Shown piece after piece: positions 24,901 through 38,154 of a stretch of DNA of 64,000 nucleotides (within the stretch, counting starts at the first letter, position 1; every line of letters begins with the position of its first letter). The notes under the pieces were generated by a model. The model ran no database searches. It was not told the DNA's origin and saw only the letters and a list, made by a program, of their open reading frames with translations. Origin of the DNA: Cercozoa sp. M6MM (Eukaryota; Protista; Endomyxa: Ascetosporea); NCBI GenBank assembly GCA_040357565.1, contig JBDODJ010000014.1, one strand, 5' to 3'. Made by a program: the position numbers and the translations under genes.

Positions 24901-27267
24901 TCAACACACAGTGACAGGATTCATTGTAAGATTGATATTTACGAGGAGGGCATCGCGCGTGTCGCCACGAGGCTGGATCTTGCCGTGAACCACCTTCGTC
25001 TCGAGCTGATACTCGATGACTGCATGGGCGTCCTTGAGCTTCTCACCCTCGCTAGCGATAGTCTGTACCACGAGAGGGTTGTTTGTTGTCAGCGCGCGAC
25101 GGCCAAAAGAAGGAATGTTAGAGAAAAGAGAGTATACCAAAGCAACGGCGCCAGCCACGTTGGGTGCGGCCATCGAAGTGCCCGACGCCACGAGGCTACC
25201 ACGCGGCACGGCGTCCTTCTCCCACGGAGTGTTACGCAGCGAGCGAACGTTTACACCCTGTTGTATTGTGATCCTTATAAGTTTAGGTGTTTGGACAGAC
25301 CGCATCACGAGAGAGGCAAAAAATACAGGGGCCAGGACATCGACGCAGCGTCCGTGGTTGCTGAAGGAGGCAAAGTTGTCGTGCTTGTCAGTGGCACCGA
25401 CGGTGATCGCAGCAGCGGCAGATGCCGGCGAGCCTGTAGATTCACACATCTGCATGCACCGGCACACATACATACGCAGAAACATGAGGGGTGTCTGTAC
25501 CATGGCAAGCGTCCGAGCCGCTGTTGCCGGCCGAAGTGACGAACACAACACCTACATCGGTGCCGGCGGCGATGGCGTTGTTAGTGGCCACCGAGAAGGG
25601 ACCACCGATCGACATGTTCGCCACTGCATGGATCGTATAATTTGCACCTGTAGGGGGGCAGACGGGCTACAGCAGGATACCCGAGAACTTCTTGCCCGAC
25701 TTTTGGTGCTGCTCGGTCACCCAGGCGATCTGCGCAGGCACATGCGGAATACAACATATAATGAGATACCCTGTTGTACAGTGATTTACCGAGTTCAAAG
25801 TGCCAGCAGTCGCACCAAAGCCGTTGCACTTTAAGGATACAAGTAGAGTCAGCATTGAATCAAGTAGTTTTGTGAGGTATCTACCGACAGCATTTTAACG
25901 CCAATGATGTTGGACTTCTTAGCGACACCATAGACCTTGTCGGCGATCGTACCAGCAACGTGCGTACCGTGCCCCACTGCACACAAAGGCTAAAAGGTCA
26001 AGGGACACATGTGGAGGGGTAGAGGGAGATTACTGCAGTCCGTGCCGCAGCCTCGGATGCTCGGGTTCTCACGGCCCGTGACAGGGTCGAAACACACACC
26101 GTGCTTGGCACGACCCTCTGTATTAAACCCAGACGCGCAAGGGTAAACGTACCGCACCAACAACGCAAAGCTCGTGGTCTTATAATACCAAAGGTGGGAG
26201 CACGCGTGTTGACGCCACTGTCTGCCCAAGGTATCGAGACATGTGAGCACGTACCAGACTTGACATTGTTGCTGTGCGGGTACCAATCACGTAGACATCC
26301 ACGTCCTCCTATAGTGTCAACACAAGGCAGCAGTAAGAAAAAGAATCAAGTTGAGATATCAACTGGAAGGTAAACTTCAAGGTACGCCTGTTTCGCGATA
26401 GAAGTACTTCTCGTTGAGTGGCAGCGAGGCTTGGTCGATCTGTTCTCATTGGACAACTGAAGTGTTCAAGAGCAAGGAGCAGGGGTGGTCAGAGAATAAA
26501 CGCACGCGATCCAGGTTCCACGTGCTACACACACCATCAATTAACACTGCTCGGGGGGGGGGGGGGGGGGGGGAGTACAGCAATATCAGACATACCACTC
26601 GCCGTCGACGTCGGCGCATTCCTGCACTTGGAGAGGACCGCGGCGGAAGTCCTCCTCAGTGTCAGCACGGAACACGGCGGCTTGCTCGAGGTACTGCACG
26701 CCGTTGCTGCCATGGGTTTAAGCGAGGGGCGGGTAGAAGCAAGTGAAACACACTGACGGCACTTAAAACTAGTGAGCGTTTAACATACAAACGACGCAGT
26801 GCCTCGATCTGCTCTGTCGTGAAGGTACCCGAGATGGCCTGGTACAAAAAAACAGTTTATAGAGTAGAAAATGACAAGGGTATCAGTACGATATTTTACC
26901 AGGAACTTGTCGTTCACGTTGACTTCGGAAATGTCAGCGTGCGAGAGACCAGAAACACGGTGGCGGCGAATCGCAGTGACGGCTTGCTTGAACTCGGCCA
27001 TGGCACCTTCGTTGAACACCACAACGAACTGACCATCGACGACCTGCTCCTGAGCGGCATACCTGTGCATATACAGCCAGGTACATTTTGCCATCACAAC
27101 TCAAACGCTAGGGAGAAAGCACGAAACAATCGGCGCTACGGTTTCGGCGGCGACCGAACCAGCGGCGAGGGCTGCAAACGTGAAAGTCAACAAAAGTGCG
27201 ATTACAGATATTGCGCATGTAAGAATCTATGTGCAGCGGGACCGAGCACGGAGAGAAGAAGCTTCAT
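24901..27267 (-). CDS. Secreted subtilisin-like serine protease (S8A, proteinase K-like) with I9-type propeptide
   Basis: Signal peptide [17 protein letters not shown], propeptide GQFVVVF, catalytic D (VYVIDSG), H ([10 protein letters not shown]), oxyanion N (SAGNSG) and S ([12 protein letters not shown]). Confidence 0.93.
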
Positions 27268-27809
27268 GACGCAGTTGTTAAGCCTGGTGAAACAACGTTT
27301 TGGCAAACTTTGTAAGTAAACTGCGGTCGCAAAGTAGATACAAGTACAGTCCGGAGGTGCTTTTTTTACTGCGAACAGCTGTCAGCCACCTGATCATTGA
27401 TCATTTCGGCGGCTAACAGCTCGATTAGCCAAACAAAACCGTTGCTCGCCCGATGTTGTTTATCGAAACGGTTGCTCTCCAGATACCACATCGGGCGCAA
27501 AGCAAAGCTAATTTCATAGCTATGGCTCATGAGGATGCCAACGTATCAAAAGAGAATACCATTCTAAACAGCCGCAACTCCAGTTCCAAGCCTAGATCCC
27601 GACCATTCGATCTACGCATTAAAGTAAAACGTTCGGCGTGCGTGCGAAAAATTTCAGTTTTATCAGACGAGTTGTGGTAAGCAAAAACACAAGCACACGG
27701 CCGTGGACAGGAGACGTTATTGAGTCCCGGGACACGAGAGCGCGCACATCATCTCAGTCACATCACAACATCGGCGGATCCGACTTAAGCGTTCAGGCGG
27801 CGCGGAAGC

Positions 27810-28320
27810 TTAGACGGAGACCGTGAAGATCGGCTTGACGAGGCCGTTGTCCTGCGCGATCTTGGTGATGGCGGCGTCGCTCATGCCGTTGCGGCGCACG
27901 AAGCCCGAAAAGGCGACGGTGAGGAACTCGTCGTTGTAGACGCCGTTGTCGTTGAGGAGGCCGATCGAGATCTGCACCGAGGCGTGGTCCTTGGCGCCGA
28001 TGATGCGGTGCGTGGCGGAGCTGCAGACAACCAACAATAGAAACACCAGAAAAAAGAAACAAAACATCGCGAAACAAGGACCAAAACATCGTAAAACAGG
28101 CCCAAAATCAGCAAAGCGATCGCCGCATTTGCCTGGACGCGCAGCAGCAACGTTTTCGGCCAGCGCCCCCAAAAATCGCGGTCAATTTCGGCAGTGAGAG
28201 TTGAAATCCCCCAGAATGCGCTTAAATGCACGGCACGCACGTGCGCGCGCTCTGGGCGCTATCGCATAGCTCTGATTACCACTTGCGCGGGGCCGTGAAG
28301 CTCTTGGCAGCCTTGCTCAT
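27810..28320 (-). CDS. RPS21: 40S ribosomal protein S21 (eS21), 2 coding exons
   Basis: Spliced [21 protein letters not shown]...GFVRRNGMSDAAI, with an intron at ~28021-28278. Confidence 0.95.
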
Positions 28321-28331
28321 CTTGATATTCT

Positions 28332-28516
28332 CTGCACACGAGCACAGCACATATACACGCTGAGCACGCCTCAATCCGATAGAGCGGAAAAAGCCGCGAG
28401 TGGCGGAATTTTCCGCGCAGCACCTTGCGGTACCACCAATGCACTGCTGCTTGTTCGAGCACACTAGGGGAGACCTACCCGAAGCACGAAACGACGAAAA
28501 GATTGTTGAGAGGGAG
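28332..28516 (-). promoter_or_regulatory. Probable 5'-UTR intron and pyrimidine-rich leader of RPS21
   Basis: gtaggt donor at 28478 and gtgcag acceptor 11 nt upstream of the ATG. Upstream ctccctctc..cttttcgtcgtttc tract. Confidence 0.5.
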
Positions 28517-28755
28517 CGCCAGGAATCATTCAAAAAAAGACTGAACAGTGTAGCCGCTTTTTAGCCTCTCATACGGCATTGATCATCTTCTTTGTAGGCA
28601 CATGTCAGCGTTAAATTTTGCAGGCACATGTCAGCGCTTGATTAAATCTAGTTTTATGGTTTGCATGGAGATGGCGTGGCATGCGGCAAAACGTCGCAAC
28701 AAAAGCCGTGTCTTCGTCATCCAAAAGTCCGTTTTGTCTCTCAGAGAGCACGAGA

Positions 28756-29474
28756 ATGCTGTTGCTGCTGCCGTTGCTTTGGCTGACAGCGGTGTGGGCA
28801 AGTCATTCTCCGCTTCGCAGCGGTCCAATCGGTAATAACACAGGGAACAAGAAGTCCTCTATCATTCTATTATTGGCAGCTTTTGCATTGTCTTCGGCTC
28901 CCTACCTGTAGGTGGGCCGCAACAAGCTCGTGTAGTGCGTGCACGTCGCATCAGTCCGCAGCTCCGGCAAGTGTTGAGGTAGCATGACTTTCAAATCAGT
29001 TCTCAATCCAAGCTGAAGTGAAAACTGAAACCTGTGCGAGCAGCACGACCTGGCTGCACGATGTGGCAAGTGAGTCACCCACCGGCACCACCACCGACAC
29101 TGACACTGGTAAACTTCGTTTCTCTGACATACAGAGCAAGGTTTACTGGCTTCTTTTTTGTATTTAGACAGCGAAATGTACCAGGACAGCGGCAGTGTGA
29201 GTCCGCATCACGAAGAGTTGAGAACAGTCAAGCTAACCGACTTGATTAACCGCCGGAAGTCCGCCGACGGCGATGTTGCTGGCAACGAAGTTCCCTTGGC
29301 AAAGCCAAAAGCAGTGCGCAAAAATTGTCATCGTAGCTCTGACGCGAGTCAACCTCACGGTACGACACTGCAGCGCTGTTCCGGTAATGGATGAACGGTT
29401 GTTCGGTTCTTCGCATTGCAGAGCAGGTAGCAGATGAAGGTTTCCGCACTCGCTGCTGCTGCTGTGAGTGGTAG
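28756..29474 (+). CDS. Hypothetical small protein with signal-peptide-like N-terminus; stop at 29394 or 29474 depending on splicing
   Basis: MLLLLPLLWLTAVWASH. Three GT-AG introns keep frame into the 29158-29394 ORF. Confidence 0.5.
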
Positions 29475-30622
29475 TGTACGCCGCAGCAGATACTAAGCTT
29501 AAGTTTCGCTTCGTAGGATGGTTTTACTGTGCATCACGGCATCAGACTTATTTATTTCGTTAAAATTAAGTCTGGTCGTCGGGTAACTAAACTTACACCG
29601 AAAGCAAGGCACAGAAAATCCGAGCGACCTGGCATGAGTACCTTCTATTTAGTTGCTCAATTTACAGAAGTAGAAAGGACAGTACACAGTGTGTCCTGGA
29701 GAAACGATGGAGACACTGCGAGACCGGCTTCTCCGACGATTGCCTGGCTTGAGCAACAACGGGCTTTTGCCACCCCCAGTGAAACACAACCATCATGTCT
29801 GAAATAGTGCTTCAATGTGGTACGCTGCCGTATGATAGGTGGCAGGCGACCCGTCGCCGTCACAAGGTTTGAATAAGACCGACAACGAAGACTGGCTTGT
29901 GGTATCTTTCGAACTTTAAAGTTATCTCGGCCACACGACGAGACCCGTTGCCACTAGGTGCTGTCGGTGTTTCTCGCCTTCATCTTGCTGTTAATGATGG
30001 TTCTGACCACACTGCTAGTGGCTCGCTTCCATATCCGGAGGTACAGTCGGTTGTGACAACATTGTACGTGTTCTTCAAGAATACTCTACGTTGCGAATGG
30101 TCAGGCGACGCGTATCGCTTGGTACCACGGAACAAATACGTGGGTACGGTCACGTCACTCTGGCAAGCCCTCCTCGTCCTGGTGGACATGCGACCTACCA
30201 GTACACGGACAGTAGCATCAGCACGAGCGTCAGTCCTCGCAGTGCGAGTGTGACGTGAACTCCACGACTCTATTCCTGTCCGGTGCAGCGCAGCACTGCC
30301 GCATACTAAGTTATAACTATAAATTTTGCACACCCTTCTGAGATCGACCAATGATTTGTGCTACCAAAGCCTGAATACCAGAAGGACTACGGTATCAAGA
30401 GAGCTAATGATCCGAACACCCGCCGACAGGCAGTCGAGTCGACCACTTTTGCGAGCACCTGGCAGACACGACACCACTCTGGCCAAATATCGTATCCCGC
30501 ACGCGGCATACGAGCAGCTATTTGTCACGCACGTAGTTTAATCGCTGTAACGTACGGCCGTGGCCTTTTGGCCAGGGAATGCGATCCTCATACAGCGAGT
30601 CAACAACGAAACCGAACCGGAA

Positions 30623-31631
30623 CTACTTCCTGAGCCAGCCGGGCATTTGCCGTCGCCCCACACTGCCCGGCGTGCTCCTGGGCCGAGCGGACGCATTGTT
30701 GCTAGTGCTCCCGGCCGACATGGCTCGTTCTACACCCACCCAGCACACGTAGCCTATTAGCACTGTACGAACTGAACAAAACAAAAGCAAAGACTACGGT
30801 AGCTGGCCGCCTGGTTGGATGTGAGTGCCTTGTTGCCGTCCAGGAGTCTTCTGGATGCTGCCAAACACACATGCAAACTTCCTCAATAGAAGGATAGGAG
30901 CAAAGGTGAGAGGTGTACTTTGGATCTTGCTCTCCAGCATGCGCTGCATCTTGGAGTCGAAGCTGCCGGTGCCGCCAACGCAGTAGTACACCTGACACAC
31001 ACAGTATATGCACGACATATACACAGAGAGATGTCAAGTACGGTGACGGGCCGCGTCTGTCCGATACGGTGCACGCGATCCTCAGCCTGTAGCAAGTCGG
31101 CCGGCGTCCATGTCAGCTCAGCGAACACTACCGTGTCCGCTGCCGTCAGCTGCACCAAACGCCAGTAACCAACTAGAGACACCCCAGGAAGCAGCAATCA
31201 ACAGCAACACACAGCGAGAAACCAAAAGCAACAAGAAGGCTTACGACAGGGAATACGCATACTCAATAAAAGTAGAGCAAAGAAATAAAACTAATGCATC
31301 AAGCAATCAACAAAGAAATCAACATTGAGACATTCGAGGAAATATAAACACAAACAGATAAATCTACAAACAAAGAAACAAACAAGCAAACACACATCCA
31401 GAAAGTAGAATCCCGTACAGTGAGTCCAGTGCCGGCAGTCTTGACAGTCAGCAGCGCCACCTGCGTCACACTGTCCTTCTGAAAGTCGGCGATGAGGGCC
31501 GGTCGCCGCGTCTTGGGCACGCGACTGCTGATGGTGATGTGCCGCACCTTGCGACTCCGCAGGTGCTTGCCCAGTGCCTGTGAACACACAGGTGCACCTT
31601 TCGTTGGTACCGACCAATTGGTCAACAAAGC

Positions 31632-31709
<78 letters not shown>

Positions 31710-32904
31710 AAGTGTACACTCACAATGTCGCTGTGATGCGCAAACACGATCAGTTTGCCGCTGTCCGGGTTGGCTTTCTGAGGGGGTAAGCGGTATAGAG
31801 TAGGGATAGTAGGGAATAAAGAAGCAGCACCTTCTCTTGCAGCAGCGTATCAATCAATTCGCACACACCCGGGAGCTTCAGTCGCGACGTCTGTCGAGGG
31901 TGGGGACAGGGGTAAAGAGGGGTGGCGGGGGGGGGGGGGGGGGGGGTTTTTTCCCTACTATCCCTACTCTATACCGCTTAGCCCCTCAGACCCCCCACCC
32001 GGGCGGCGGCCCCCCCCAGGAGTTTGCCTACCATCTTCCATGCCCTCGAATTCAACGATCGAACCAAATTCTGACTCTTCTTGCTGTACCTGCAACAGGG
32101 GTAGGGGTTGGAGGGAGGGGTAAAACACAACATACGCTTGTTCCAACTGCGTCATCAGTTTCTGTAACTCAGGCGTCACCACCTGTGTGCCAAGAAACAA
32201 GGGGATAACAAGGAGAGTAGGGGGGGGGGGTAAAAACACAGCCACCTCCAGATCATGGAAGATACGTCGTTTCGCCGGCAGTCCGTTCTCCTTATTTTTC
32301 TTCTGCAGCACTTCCGCCTGGACACAACCACAAATATAAAAACACAGGCGTCCACCTACTGCCCTCAAACAAAGGTTGTTTGATTGCCACTACCTTAGTA
32401 CGTCGCAGCATGACACTGCGAAACACGCGTTGTCGCAGCTCGTCGAGATTCTTGCCTGTCACGTGTGTGGCAAGTTATACCCCCAGTTTACCCCCTTCCC
32501 CCAGTTGACCCACCCAGTGTTACCGCCCAGGTACTGCCAAGTGCCTTCGTCGTCCTGCCGCGCGAAGGTGTACCGCAGACCGAACTGGTGCCGATCCGGG
32601 AACTCCTCGGCCGCTATGGCGTGCACCTGGTTGAACAACTCGATGGCACGGTTCGGCAGTGCCGTGCCTGCGCACGTGTCAGTACTGGCATGTGACCACT
32701 CAGTCAGACTGATCCCCAGCCACACTGACCACCTAGAGTGATCATCCACCCAGAGTGACCACCCAGAGCGACAGTTTGTACCAGTCAGCAGCATGGCACG
32801 GCGACACGTGTCGCGCACGAATGGTACCACGTTCTGCGAGCGCTGCGAACTCTCCTGTGTACCAAGGGGAGAGGGTAAAAAGGAGGGGGTGAAGGGGAGG
32901 GAGT

Positions 32905-32954
<50 letters not shown>

Positions 32955-34605
32955 GGGGGGGTAAACCTCCTTGAGCGAGTGCGACTCGTCGCAAATCACA
33001 ACGCGACATTTTTCCGTCAGTTCGCTCAGTCGCGCGCCACTGAACTATTAGGGGAAGGGGGGGGGGGAAGGGGGCAAAAGGGGTAAAAAAAGGGTGCCCC
33101 CCCCCGCCAGTCGGCCCCACCGCCGCCGGGGGGGGCAACGGGGGCAAAGGGGTTAATAGAAGGGTCCTACCTGCGAGTAGGACACAACAACGACGCGCAC
33201 AACATTCCAGTCGACTTTGCTTGAACTACAACCGACAGTCATACTCAACTCCCACCCGGGGGGGGCGCCGGAAAACCTACCCCGCATCAATCACACAGAG
33301 CCGATGACTATCCACTGTGCAACAAGAAGTCGGGAGGGGATAAAAAGATTAGGAGTAGGGGGAGAAAGCACACCCAACTCAGGCAGCCACTTGAGCAGCT
33401 CGGCGCGCCAATTTTCGCGCAGCTGCGACAGCGTTATCACGCACAGCGGCCACTCCTGTCTCACGACAGGGGTAAGAAGGGTAAAGAGGAGTAAGAAGAG
33501 TAAGGGGTAAAGAGAGGGGTAGGGGGGGGGGAAGTTAACGACCTACAGCAGCGTAGCGCGCGGCGATGGCGATGGACTGCAGCGTCTTGCCGAGACCCAT
33601 CTCGTCGGCCAGAATACCACGGCCCTGCTGCCGTATGAAGAAGTCCACGGCCTCCCGTTGGTACCTGTGTCAGTTTCGACGGTACACGCGGTCCGTTTGT
33701 ACATCCCACATGTCCATTTGTACATCCCATTTGTACTCAGTACGGATGCAGTGACGTCACGCACTTGGAGCTCGTCCAGTCAAAGTCGGCCACGTCGTGC
33801 ACCGCTCGCGACAGCGTCTGCGAACTACCTTGTCTGCGCACGTGTCTGCTCAGGTACTTGGTCACTGACCGCAGGTACTGAAGTAGCACTGCAGCGTACC
33901 GAGCGGACGGTGCCGACGACGGTTTGCGCTGCTTTTTCTTCGGCGGTTCCACCACGCGCGGCGCTGTGAATCCGCGGCGTTTCTGTACATTTTAACCCCC
34001 CTTTTTACCCCCTATTTACCCTCTTTACCCCCCCTGTACCTTTCTGGACGGTGGAGAGGCATTTTCTTTGGATTCGTTGCTGCCTTCGGCGGATTCGTCG
34101 AAAGCGAGTGTGTGAAAGTTGCTATATGGTACAGTTTGGACTAGTTGAAGGAGCAGGAACGAGTCAAAGGAGCGAATGACAAAGAAACAACAAACCTGCT
34201 GTCGAAACAGGCGTCCAAGTCATCCAATTCCTCATCGCTGTCGAAGTTGAAAACACTCCTCTGCAACAATAAAGAACAAAAGCTGCAGTTTCCAAAGCAA
34301 GCGTTTCAAAAAGCTTCATTTCGCACAGGACAAACCGTTCTTGCAGGCACACTGTCATCCTGGGTCAAGTCGACATCGCACACGTCCGAGACAGCACTCT
34401 CCTTCTGCACACAACATCATACACAGTGCGGACTCTCAATTACTGCAACAACTAATAGTCACCTGAGGGGCTGGTCTTCTGGGGCCTTTGCTTTCTTCTT
34501 CTTCTAAACACAGGTGGAAGTTAAAACATACAAACACAGGGAAGGAACAGCACCGTGCTTGGTCAAGTCAAAGTCGTATTCGTCCGAGTCGAATTCGAAA
34601 TCCAT
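30623..34605 (-). CDS. SMARCAL1/ZRANB3-like SNF2 annealing helicase
   Basis: [75 protein letters not shown]. Confidence 0.9.
31633..31708. repeat. (TG)n intronic microsatellite
   Basis: Perfect TG run. Confidence 0.95.
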
Positions 34606-34873
34606 CGCCGCAACCCTGCAATAATATGCTGTATCAGAAATTATTTGGCGCGACACAAATAGCGCTATGAAGCAACCTGCACGCTGTAACCAGGAACAAC
34701 GCGGCCCTGCTTTGGTTTTCGCCGCGATCGCAGGCAAAAACTCAGACCCCACGTCGTCTCCCTTAACCAAAGTCGATGCCAGAGCGCTTCACACGCATAT
34801 GCACGCGTGTGAGCGTAGTGAATTACCTGGGTTCGTGTGAAAACTCACTCTGATAGCTATTTTCTCTTTGTGA

Positions 34874-36147
34874 GATGCCGTGCGTCTCGTTCGAGTTTGG
34901 CATACGGCTACAGGTCTCCACGTTGCTAGGAGTTGCACAGCGTCGCTTGGCCCGATTTAATGCAGCTAAGATCGATGCATTGTTCGGAGTCGAAGATGTG
35001 TACACCTAAACCTAATGAAAAACTCAAACTAAATACAACAAGTTTGCTGTTTCGCAGAGCAAAGGCACTGGACCTGCTGCAGCGCATGCTTCAGGTAATA
35101 GTTGCGTTATTGGGTACTCAAAAAGACAGAAGGTTGGTGTATCGACAGGGCAGGCCAGAGGATGCAGTGCCGTATGTGTGCGCAACGTTGTTTGCCACGC
35201 CCGATGCTACCCTGCCTGAGACGTACCTTGACCCTTTTTGACCCCTTTTACCATTTTAACGTTTACCTCGTTATCCTCCATTTACCCCCCCCAGTTTCTC
35301 GTTGTTGCCGGACGCGCAAGAGCTGCTGCAACTGGACGACGAGAAACTCGCGACGCTCTGCGTTGCTCACGGCGTCGATGCGCAGGTGTTTTTGATTTTT
35401 CCCCCCCCCCCCGGGTGAGGTTACCTTCTTTGTCTTCTTAACTCCTATCCCCGTACAGTTAGCAGAGACCATGGTACAAACACTCGGCACAGAGGCGACG
35501 TGCACCTTCTTGTTGGACTCACAGGTAGCCCACCCCTGACTCTCTGTCTAAAACAGGCCAAACAGTCTCGCATTGTAGTTGACCAGTCTGCTGGTGAAAG
35601 ATGCCACCGCGCGCAGTGTTGCACACGTCCGTGTCTCTCCTGATCACAGGGTGTGCTATCTCCTATGTCCTACCCATTCCTTACACCCAACTCGCTCGGA
35701 CCCCAAACAGGAAGTCGTTGTTGTTCTCGACACTGCGCGCAGACTGGCGGAACGACAGCTCCAGCCGGACGAGGAACTCATCGATCCCGACATTCGCGAG
35801 TTCGGCACCAGTGGTACCTTGCTGCTTCTAACAAGTGTGTGTTCATGTCAGTACCTCCTCTCCCAGGTACTGCCGGCTTCGGCCACCTGCCCGAGCTGGA
35901 AGACGACCCGGTGCCTGCTACCACGCGACTGTTCCTGCAGGCTTTGGCACAGGCAGAGGTATGTGCCTCGCTCGTCTTTGTTGGCTTCTTATCATGTGTG
36001 ACTCTGTTGCTCGTAGGTCGGCGAGGATGCGTTTGATGGTACCCCTTTGCTTGCCTGCCTTTTGTGGAGTTTGTATCAAGTACGTGCATACATACAGGTC
36101 CGAGGTGGTTCACTGTCGCTATCAACGACATGGATGATCGCGACTAG
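34874..36147 (+). CDS. Hypothetical protein (~10 exons), head-to-head with the SNF2 gene
   Basis: Continuous frame through 9 GT-AG introns: MPCVSFEFGIRLQ...ALDLLQRMLQ|GRPEDAVPYV...GPRWFTVAINDMDDRD*. No family recognised. Confidence 0.65.
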
Positions 36148-36368
36148 CCAAGAACCGTTTTGGTAAACCAACTGAACTAAACGGAACGGAACGTAATGAA
36201 CTAAGGAAGCAGCGCATGCATGTCACGGTCCAGTCATGTGATATCTCGATAAATCAAACAATAACTCGTTTTGGCGCGCACGCCGACGGAAACTTGAAGC
36301 GCGTGGAACTTGACGATTTCGGAGGGTCATAATAGGTGCCTTCCCCACCCTTCAGACAGGGCTTCCTC

Positions 36369-38154
36369 TTAGTGCTGTCGCACAAGCGACGCGAACAGGC
36401 TCTTGTGTCGGCGACGCTCGCCGAGCGACGGGAAGCGATGGCCCTCTGTGTTGGAGCAAATACACACGCTAGTTTTGCCGAAGTACTAACACAAGGAACA
36501 AGCTCACCAAACAGCGAGTTCCATCGCGCCATTGCAGGATCTTGCTCCTCCTCGGCCGTCAGCGGCACGTCAGTGCACTTCTTCTGCTCACAGGTTAGGG
36601 TTAAGACTGCAATCAGACAGAGAAACCTCTGGTGCGAGTGGTACCGAGTTCGAGCAGCGCAGACAGCCGACACCACACTCATCGTCACTGGTACTGTTTC
36701 ATACCCACGCATACCCTTAACAGATTGAGCAATGCAAAGAGCCGATACCACTCGCTCTTGACGCAGAGGTCGTCGTCGCCGCACTGCAAAAATAGATGCA
36801 CCAGTAAACGCACAAACACAGACACCATACAGAAGCGCGCACCTGGTGAGGCGACGGCACGTGCACCTTGTTGTGGTTGAACACGACGCAGCTGTTCGAG
36901 TAGCCGCGCTTCAGCAGGTTGCGCGGGCATGGCACACGCTTGCCCGGCAGGCCGAGCTGCGGCTCGAAGCACGTGAACACCTGGTCGAGCTCGCCGCTGC
37001 GCGTGCACGAAAGACCGGCCATGTGGGCACCGCCAAAGGCTACAAACAAGCACGAAGCACATGAATTGCATGAATTAAATGAATTAAACAGAAATAGAAA
37101 GTACCATTCTGCAGATCAGACAACGAGATGTAGCCGCCAACAGCGCGTTGCAGCACCGCCGGCGTCGGAACCTTGTTCTACATACCCCCTCTTAGCAAAG
37201 GTACCCCAAGCACAGTAACAAACACCAAGTACCATGGCATCGACACCGCCGCCAAAGTACAGGTCCGCATCGACGCCTGTAAGATACGGAATCGTGGTCA
37301 ACACGGATACCAGTTCGGACCACACACAAACGCGATACCGTAGCCAGAGCAAGTTCCGTGCTTCATCCACTCTGATTAACACGGGCACATCAGTCAAGGT
37401 TTCAGCAGTCGAGAGACAACTTCCGCAAGGTACCGTGGTGAGCGAGGAAGTTGTCGGAACGCGCGTAGCCAGGCGCCATTCGCTGCCATGATGCCATATG
37501 CGCCTCGATGCTCTTCGGCGGCGCGTTGCACTTGGCCGGTGAGTTCTGCACAAGCCCAAAAATACAGAGAATTAGTGTCCAGGTCAGACACACCGAGTGT
37601 GTACCCGGGTATCACAGTCGGCGTAGTCACCGCAGTACTGCGGCCACATAAAGCCACGCTCAAAGCCAAGCTACAGGAACAAACTACAGTGAGAAAGGAA
37701 GCAGAGACACAAGAGAAGAAACGAAAAGTACCTCATCGCCGTACTGCGGCCACAGGCCGTGCAACACGAGGTTCTTGGCGGCCCATTTGGCCTCCGAGTG
37801 CTCCTTGCACTCCTATAACAAAAGTAGATTGATTAATCAAACAAAACTATGCACCAAGGAAACAAAACAAAAAAAAAAAACAAAAACAAAAATCCACCTC
37901 TTCCCACGGACGAGCACAGCAGAACGTGGACTGCCAGCTGCACACGATACAAATAAATTCGACAAAACAAAAAGTGCGGGGACAGGGCGAACTACCTCTG
38001 TGCCATCACATAAACGTCATAAGCACCGGGTCGCACACCGGTCTCACCGGCCGCAGCCACGTCGCTCACTAAGCACGCAAACAGTTTATAAAAAGGAAGG
38101 TGGGAAAACATGGATACCAGCGAGTGCAAGCAACGAAGTCAGAGCAAGCAACAT
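36369..38154 (-). CDS. Secreted ribonuclease T2 family protein with C-terminal extension
   Basis: Signal peptide MLLALTSLLALA, YDVYVMAQSWQSTFC, CAS I LVLHGLWPQY (~37745-37775) and CAS II FLAHHEWMKHGTCSG, which is split by an intron. Confidence 0.92.
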
